From Deltaproteobacteria bacterium (GTDB lineage Bacteria > Myxococcota > JACRCW01): a DNA stretch of 20,000 nt. The DNA lies in assembly GCA_016218805.1 (NCBI GenBank), contig JACRCW010000044.1, positions 59,437-79,436 of the forward strand, written 5' to 3'. Shown here in pieces: positions 1-5,683 of this stretch (the first letter of the stretch is position 1; the number at the start of each line of letters is the position of its first letter). The notes under the pieces are model-generated. The model saw only the letters and a program-made list of their open reading frames with translations, did not search any database and was not told the DNA's origin. A program made the translations under genes and the position numbers.

Positions 1-100
1 TGTCCACGGGAATGGCGCGGGACCCGGGCGTGTCCAGCGGGGGGAGGGACCACGCGGGCGGTTTGCGCTGCGTGATGTCCGCAACGGTGGGTGTCGTCAT
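1..100 (-). CDS. 5' part of a hypothetical protein running off the left edge (MTTPTVADITQRKPPAWSLPPLDTPGSRAIPVD...)
   Basis: ATG at 100-98 overlaps the RAYT stop (ATGA overlap). The frame is open to position 1 with mostly G/C third positions. It is too short to assign a function. Confidence 0.45.
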   Translation of the reverse strand, partial: MTTPTVADITQRKPPAWSLPPLDTPGSRAIPVD

Positions 101-657
101 GGGGCGGCGGTAGCACGCGGCGGCGCGCCGGGACAAACGGGGTCAGGCCGGCGAGGGCGAGGAGGACCTGTGGGCCCGGCCTCCTGGCCGGGCGCCGGCC
201 CCAAGTTGCCTCGACCACCCAAGCCGGCCCATGGATACCATTCCACTCCCGGCCATCGCCGTGACGGGTTTCCCAGCACGTACGCCGTCGTGTCGTCCAG
301 TTCGCGGTCGTCACGGATGAGCCGGTCGTAGGACTCCTCCTGCCACACCGGTGCCACCCGCCCATGCTCCCCCACCATCACGTGGGCCGTGAACGATTTC
401 CATGACTGGAGAATTCGCGACAGGGGGTGTCCGGATTCCGGACGCAGGATGGCATGCGCGTGGTCGTCCATCACCACCCACGCCCGCAGCGTGTACCGGG
501 TCCCCTCGAAATGCGCGATGGCGCGGCACACGACGGTCCGTTCCTCGTCGGAGAGTACAGCCTGGCCGCGCGCCAGCCGCCAGGTCACGAAATACGTTCC
601 GCCCGCGGCGCGCCAGTGCGGGAGGTGACGGCGCCAGATGAAGAAAGGGCGTTCCAT
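97..657 (-). CDS. rayT: REP-associated tyrosine transposase (RAYT/TnpA-REP, Y1 HUH superfamily)
   Basis: Motifs RRHLPHW, TYFVTWR, AWVVMDDHAH (HUH), QSWKSFTA, VWQEESYDRLIR and YVLGNP (catalytic Tyr). It is flanked by REP-like palindromes. Confidence 0.92.
   Translation of the reverse strand: MERPFFIWRRHLPHWRAAGGTYFVTWRLARGQAVLSDEERTVVCRAIAHFEGTRYTLRAWVVMDDHAHAILRPESGHPLSRILQSWKSFTAHVMVGEHGRVAPVWQEESYDRLIRDDRELDDTTAYVLGNPSRRWPGVEWYPWAGLGGRGNLGPAPGQEAGPTGPPRPRRPDPVCPGAPPRATAAP
170..197 (+). repeat. REP-like palindrome, copy 1 (GTGGGCCCGGCCTCCTGGCCGGGCGCCG)
   Basis: GTGG foot followed by the stem CCCGGCC/GGCCGGG. Matches the reverse complement of 735-761 except for a single T indel in the loop. 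Confidence 0.85.
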
Positions 658-734
658 GGCGGGACCCGCTCAGCAGGACCCGTGCCGGAGCGGCTGGCGG
701 ACAGGCGAGAAGGGGGCTGGGTGCCAACCGCGGT

Positions 735-761
735 CGGCGCCCGGCCGGAGGCCGGGCCCAC
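735..761 (-). repeat. REP-like palindrome, copy 2 (inverted relative to copy 1)
   Basis: Reverse complement reads GTGGGCCCGGCCTCCGGCCGGGCGCCG. It lies about 80 bp upstream of the RAYT start. Confidence 0.85.
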
Positions 762-937
762 GGCTGGACACCTCAGGCTCCGGGAGCCAGGGCGCTCCAA
801 CCCCGGGATGAGCGCACCACAGCCACGCCTTTGGCTGTCCCCTTGAGGCGCCACGCCCGGTGGGCTAAGCCGCGCGGCCTCACAACGCGATCACCGCGCG
901 GGCGCCAGCGCCCCGCCACAACGACGGGAAGAAGAAA

Positions 938-1219
938 ATGTCGGACAACAAAACGCACAAGCACACCCGCGGCGCCGCCAAGGCCGCACGCAAGGACCGC
1001 AAGTGCTCCGTGGAGGGGTGCAAGAACCCCTACCGTGCCAAGGGCTACTGCAACGGCCACTACGCGCACTGGCGCGCCGGCGAGTACGGCAAGGCCCGCT
1101 TCAACACCTGCTCCAAGCCGGACTGCAAGAAGCCGGTGAGCCTCAAGGGCCTGTGCGCCACCCACCACAAGGAGTGGTGGACCGCGCGGCACCCGGAAGC
1201 CGCCGAAAAGAAGGCCTGA
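938..1219 (+). CDS. Small basic protein with two Cys3His zinc-finger-like motifs (resembles the Cys/His motif of myxobacterial vegetative protein VegA)
   Basis: CSVEGC-x9-CNGH and CSKPDC-x9-CATH, Lys/Arg-rich, strong G/C third-position bias, purine-rich leader before the ATG. Confidence 0.85.
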   Translation: MSDNKTHKHTRGAAKAARKDRKCSVEGCKNPYRAKGYCNGHYAHWRAGEYGKARFNTCSKPDCKKPVSLKGLCATHHKEWWTARHPEAAEKKA

Positions 1220-1304
1220 CACCGGGCGTTTCCCCACAGCATGATCCGCTGCCCGTCCTGCGCCCACTGCGCGGGGCGGGCGGTCGTCCGGACGAGGCAG
1301 GCAC

Positions 1305-1883
1305 GTGTCGACACCGTCATTCCAGGACTTTGCCCGGCGCTACCAGGAGACCTTTGCCCGCGCGGTGGCGGGCTGGGACCTGGCGGCGCTGGAGCGCGTG
1401 GCTGAGGTGCTGCGGCGCGCGCGCGACGATGGGCGCACCGTGCTGGTGGCCGGCAACGGCGGGAGCGCCGCCATCTGCAACCACCTGGAGTGTGACGCCA
1501 CCAAGGGCACGCACCACCCCGGCTGCGCGCCGCTGAACACCCGCTCGCTGTCCGCCAATCCTTCGGTGCTGACCGCGCTCGGCAATGACATCGGTTTTGA
1601 CGTCGTGTTTGAGCGTCAGGTGGAATACTACGCGCGCCCCGCTGACGTGCTGATGCTGATTTCCTCGTCGGGGAATTCGCCCAACGTGGTGCGTGCGTGT
1701 GAGGCGGCCAAGGGCCGCGGCATGATCACCGTGGGGTTTGTGGGCTTTTCCGGCGGGCGGCTCAAGGACCTGTGTGACCACGTGCTCCACATCCCGTTTG
1801 ACAACTACGGCATCAGCGAAGACATGCACCAGGCGTCCATGCACGTCATCACGCAGTGGCTCAACCTGGTGTTCCGGCCCTGA
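1305..1883 (+). CDS. gmhA: SIS-domain phosphoheptose (sedoheptulose-7-phosphate) isomerase, GmhA-like
   Basis: GNGGSAA-x3-H, TALGND, ISSSGNSPNVV, GFSGGRL and EDMH motifs. GTG start. Confidence 0.85.
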   Translation: MSTPSFQDFARRYQETFARAVAGWDLAALERVAEVLRRARDDGRTVLVAGNGGSAAICNHLECDATKGTHHPGCAPLNTRSLSANPSVLTALGNDIGFDVVFERQVEYYARPADVLMLISSSGNSPNVVRACEAAKGRGMITVGFVGFSGGRLKDLCDHVLHIPFDNYGISEDMHQASMHVITQWLNLVFRP

Positions 1884-1903
1884 CCAACGGAGGGAGGCGT
1901 TCC

Positions 1904-2914
1904 ATGGCGCAGTTTGAGGAAGTGGAGGAAGGGCAGGCCCCCAAGAAGAGCAAGACGCCGCTCATCATTGGCGGGGTGGTGGCGGTGGCGGCGGTGGCGG
2001 GGTTTCTGGCCACGCGCGGGTCCGGGGCCATGTCCGCGGAGGAGAAGGCGGCGTTCCAGGAAGCGCAGGACGTGCTGCGGCTGGATGACTACAACCGCTA
2101 CGGCGAAGGCGAGAAGAAGCTGCTGGCGGTCCTGCAGAAGCACCCCGACCACGTGGAGCCCACCGTGTGGCTCATCCAGTTGTACTGCGCCTGGGGCGAA
2201 GAGCTGGACGCCGAGGCGGACACCTTCCGCATGGCCGCGCAGTCCAAGCTCAAGGAGATTGGTGACCTCAAGAAGATCACCGAGACCTCCAAGAGCAAGA
2301 GCGCGCGCGAGAAGGCCAAGACGCAATACGAGGCGGCCAAGAAGGAGCTGGATGAGCTGCAGAACGCGGCCAACATCCGCAACAAGAGCAGCGTGGAGAA
2401 GCTCAAGGCCGCCAAGGACTGGGTGAAGGTGGCCTCCGCCACGGACTATTCGGACGCCGCGCTGCACCGCGCCATGGCGGACTACGGGCGCATCACCGGC
2501 AAGTGGGGCGAGGCGGAGACGCAGCTGCAGTACGTGCAGAAGCTCAAGCCGGACAGCGCGGGGCTGCGGTTCGTCAAGGGCGTCATTGCCCTGCAGCGTG
2601 ACCAGAAGCCCGACGACGCGGTGGCGCTGTACGACGAGGCGTTGAAGATTGACCCCAAGTTTGTCAAGGCGAAGTACTTCAAGGGTCTGGCGCTGGCCAA
2701 GAAGGGCGACAACGACAAGGCCGCCGCCACGATGAAGGAAGTGCTGGTGGAGAGCCCGGGGCACACTGGCGCCAAGGCGTTCCTGGGCCTGGTGGGCACG
2801 CTGGCGCAGGCGCGCAAGGTGGCGGAGGAAGCGGCCAAGGCCGGCACCGCGGATGAACAGGTGGCCGCCGGCGACGAGGCCGAGCCCGCCAAGCCCGCGC
2901 AGCCCGCCAAGTAG
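1904..2914 (+). CDS. Membrane-anchored tetratricopeptide-repeat protein
   Basis: GGAGGGAGG RBS before ATG 1904, N-terminal TM (LIIGGVVAVAAVAGFLA), a coiled-coil-like segment, then TPR motifs (AVALYDEALKIDPKFVKAKYFKGLALAKKG). Confidence 0.85.
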   Translation: MAQFEEVEEGQAPKKSKTPLIIGGVVAVAAVAGFLATRGSGAMSAEEKAAFQEAQDVLRLDDYNRYGEGEKKLLAVLQKHPDHVEPTVWLIQLYCAWGEELDAEADTFRMAAQSKLKEIGDLKKITETSKSKSAREKAKTQYEAAKKELDELQNAANIRNKSSVEKLKAAKDWVKVASATDYSDAALHRAMADYGRITGKWGEAETQLQYVQKLKPDSAGLRFVKGVIALQRDQKPDDAVALYDEALKIDPKFVKAKYFKGLALAKKGDNDKAAATMKEVLVESPGHTGAKAFLGLVGTLAQARKVAEEAAKAGTADEQVAAGDEAEPAKPAQPAK

Positions 2915-2926
2915 ACGCCCGCTGAT

Positions 2927-4366
2927 TCACAAGTCCCGGCGGGACATTGCCTCCACCACGCAGTCCGCGACGTTCAGCGCCAGGGCCATCACGGTCAGCG
3001 TGGGCGGGCGGTCCAGCGCCGTGGGCAGCAGCGACGCGTCCGCCACGTACAGCCCGGTGACCCCGCGCACCGCCCCGGTGACGTCGGTGACGGACGTCTT
3101 TGCGGAGCGGCCCATGCGGCACCCGCCCGCTTCATGACCGGCGCCGCCGCCCGCCAACGGCACCTGCAGCGGCACGGCGCGGCTCCCCGGCACCGCCAGC
3201 ACATCCGCCACCGACACGACTGCCTGCTCCATGTCCTGCACCATGGCGGCCTCGTCGTCACCCCAGGCAAAGTGGATGACCGGCAGCGGCCGCCCCAACG
3301 CGTCTGCCCGTGCGGGGTCCACCGTGGCCCACCGCTGCGGGTTGGGCCCGGATTCACCCATGGCGTGGATGACCAGGTGCGACATCCCGGCCGCGTCCGC
3401 GCGGTCCACGCCCAGCGAGGCCAGCGTGTCGTCCGGCAGCGTGTCCGTGGCAACCGGGCCGCGCACCTCAATGGTGAAACCGCCGCGGTAGGACCGCCGG
3501 GTCCCACGTCCCGCGTTGACAAACCGCGCCACCGTGCACGCGCGCTCCGTGGGCGCCAGCGTGCCGGGCCGCGGCGCGGGACGCGGCAGCAGCACCACGT
3601 GACCAATGAGGACGTGGTCCGTCAGCCCCTTGCCAATGAGCTGCGGGTTGCGGCCCAGTCCGCCCGGCGCCGAAGCGAGCAGCAACCGCACGGTCTCCAC
3701 CGGGGAGGCGCACAGCACCACGGCGCGCGCGGGAAGCTCATGCGTGGTTCGCGTGGTGACGTCCACGTATGCCACACCGCAGGCGCGGCCCCTGCGGTCC
3801 AGCAGCACGCGGGAGACGGCGGCGTCAGGCTGCAGCGGCACGTGGCGTGTGCGGTCCAGCGAGACGTACGCCCGGCAGCCGCACGGTCCCACCGCGGCGC
3901 GCTTGGGGAGCACGGGCACGCCCAGGTCACGCGGGACGGCGTCAAATGGGGGTTCAATGGGGACTTCGCGCAGGCCCAGCAGCGTCTCCACGCGGTGGTA
4001 GTGCTTGTCCAGTTCCCCCACGGCAAACGGGAACGGCACGCCAAACGCCCGCGCGTCCCAGTGGTTGTGTGCGTCCATGCGCAGGCACCACCCGCCCCAC
4101 ACCAGCGTCCGCCCGCCCGCCGCGCGCACGCGCTGCCAGTCGTACGGCGTACCCTCGCCGTGCCACGCCCAGTCCGGTGACGTCGTGGGCAGCACGGGCG
4201 CAATCAGCTTCTCGTACTTGTCACGGTCACAGGAGGGGAGCTTGTCACGCACCAGCGGACCGCATTCCAGCACAAGGACGGACAGCCCGGCGTCCAACAG
4301 GCGGGAGGCCACCAGCATGCCGGAGGCGCCGCTGCCCACCACCACCGCGTCCAGGACATCCGCCAC
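2927..4366 (-). CDS. GMC-family FAD oxidoreductase (divergent)
   Basis: DAVVVGSGASG-...-VLVLECG Rossmann motif, GGRTLVWGG, VVLCASPVETVRLLLAS, GKGLTDH, DALGRPLP, HEAGGCRMG and GLYVADASLLPT-...-PTLTVMALA. Confidence 0.92.
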   Translation of the reverse strand: MADVLDAVVVGSGASGMLVASRLLDAGLSVLVLECGPLVRDKLPSCDRDKYEKLIAPVLPTTSPDWAWHGEGTPYDWQRVRAAGGRTLVWGGWCLRMDAHNHWDARAFGVPFPFAVGELDKHYHRVETLLGLREVPIEPPFDAVPRDLGVPVLPKRAAVGPCGCRAYVSLDRTRHVPLQPDAAVSRVLLDRRGRACGVAYVDVTTRTTHELPARAVVLCASPVETVRLLLASAPGGLGRNPQLIGKGLTDHVLIGHVVLLPRPAPRPGTLAPTERACTVARFVNAGRGTRRSYRGGFTIEVRGPVATDTLPDDTLASLGVDRADAAGMSHLVIHAMGESGPNPQRWATVDPARADALGRPLPVIHFAWGDDEAAMVQDMEQAVVSVADVLAVPGSRAVPLQVPLAGGGAGHEAGGCRMGRSAKTSVTDVTGAVRGVTGLYVADASLLPTALDRPPTLTVMALALNVADCVVEAMSRRDL

Positions 4367-4384
4367 GCGTGTTCCACTACCACG

Positions 4385-5257
4385 TCAGCGCGGCGCCGCG
4401 GCCTGCCCCGCGGACCTGGCCGCCAGCCCCGCCAGCACCAGCAGCACGCCGATCGTCGTCGTGACGCCCAGCGTTTCCCCTCCCACCGCCACGCCCGTCA
4501 GCACCGCCACCGCCGCGGTCACAAACTGCAGGTATGCCAGCCCGCTGACGCTGTAGCGCCGCAGCAGGAGCAGGTAGACCGCGCTGGCGCCGGCGGACGC
4601 CACCAGGCCCAGGTACACAAACGCGCCCACCGCGGCCGGCGTGAACACCACTGGGGCATCCCGCTCCAGCAGCCACCACCCCGCACCCGCACCGGCGCAG
4701 ACGCACAGCGCCATGTCGCGCAGCATCACCGGCACGGGGGTGGACGCGGTGAGGTCCTTGGCCAGCACCTTGGTCACCGCATCCGTCAGCGCCGCCAGCA
4801 GCACCGCGGCCACTGCCGCCGCGTCCATTCCGTCCGCCCCGGCCGGGCCCGCGCGCGCGGCAATGAGCGCAGCGCCGGCAAACCCCAGCAGCGTGGCGAT
4901 GACGGCGGCGCGGCGCAGGCGTTCACCCGGCAGGAGGAAGTGCGCAAGCACCGCCACGAGGAAGGGCGTGGTGGCGATGAGGATGCCAACGAGCGACGAG
5001 GGCAGCCGCGCCTGCGCCCAGTACAGCAGGCCCACGGACGCCGCCTGTGACAGGCCGAATGCCCCGCGTTTCCACGCCGCGGCCGTGGCCGGAGGTGACC
5101 GCGTGACGACGAGGGCCGCCTGGGCGGCGGCGAGCAGCACCGCGTAACGCAGGGCCACCGTGAGCAGCGGTGGCAGCGTGGCCAGCCCCGCCTTGATGAC
5201 CAGGTACTGGGTCCCCCAGGCCAGGGCGAGGAACACCAGGCCGCCAACCCTCAGCAT
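4385..5257 (-). CDS. EamA/DMT-family transporter
   Basis: LAWGTQY, PPLLTVALRY, ATTPF-...-GER, YLGLVAS and GGETLG, with about 10 hydrophobic segments in two EamA repeats. Start placed at ATG 5257 (MLRVGG), downstream of the hairpin. Confidence 0.9.
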   Translation of the reverse strand: MLRVGGLVFLALAWGTQYLVIKAGLATLPPLLTVALRYAVLLAAAQAALVVTRSPPATAAAWKRGAFGLSQAASVGLLYWAQARLPSSLVGILIATTPFLVAVLAHFLLPGERLRRAAVIATLLGFAGAALIAARAGPAGADGMDAAAVAAVLLAALTDAVTKVLAKDLTASTPVPVMLRDMALCVCAGAGAGWWLLERDAPVVFTPAAVGAFVYLGLVASAGASAVYLLLLRRYSVSGLAYLQFVTAAVAVLTGVAVGGETLGVTTTIGVLLVLAGLAARSAGQAAAPR

Positions 5258-5280
5258 GGCGCGGGCTCCAGCAACGGGAA

Positions 5281-5315
5281 CGCCCCGTCCACCGTGAGGC
5301 ACGGTGAGCGGGGCG
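5281..5315. other. Strong GC-rich stem-loop between the peptide gene and the EamA gene
   Basis: CGCCCCG-TC-CACCGTG-AGG-CACGGTG-AG-CGGGGCG gives two perfect 7-bp stems. There is no U-tract. Confidence 0.7.
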
Positions 5316-5352
5316 CCGCGGTCTTACCGGTCCCCCGACGGGGAGGTGTGCG

Positions 5353-5454
5353 TCACTTGCAGCAGGAGATCTTGCAGCAGCCGGTGCCCTGGGGCGCCGG
5401 CGTGGGCTGCTGGACCTGCACGTTCTTGGGCTTGTGGTTCAGCACGGAATTCAT
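5353..5454 (-). CDS. 33-aa Cys-rich peptide MNSVLNHKPKNVQVQQPTPAPQGTGCCKISCCK (candidate RiPP precursor or metal-binding peptide)
   Basis: Strong RBS (GCAGGAGAAACC-ATG), nearly all G/C-ending codons, and Asn/Lys/Gln content unlike GC-rich shadow ORFs. First gene of a co-oriented trio. Confidence 0.8.
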   Translation of the reverse strand: MNSVLNHKPKNVQVQQPTPAPQGTGCCKISCCK

Positions 5455-5683
5455 GGTTTCTCCTGCGGGTGAGAGGGACAAGCGCTGCCGTAAGCGGAGA
5501 AGGGCCCGGACTGCAAGGTGACGCGGCGGTACTGACGGGGCACGCGTCCCCGTCCCCGGGTCCACGTGGCGAACCCCCGCCGCGGTCGGGGTGGCTGGCG
5601 GGGTCCAAAGTTGGAGCAGGTGGTGGGTTGGGCTAGGCTTTCCGGCTCAAGTCCGCGCCCGCTGTGTCGTCGGAGAAGACGCG

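Noticed and set aside
5455..5565. 70-aa version of the Cys-rich peptide ORF
   Set aside because: The strong RBS sits directly before ATG 5454, and the upstream extension looks non-coding and overlaps a hairpin.
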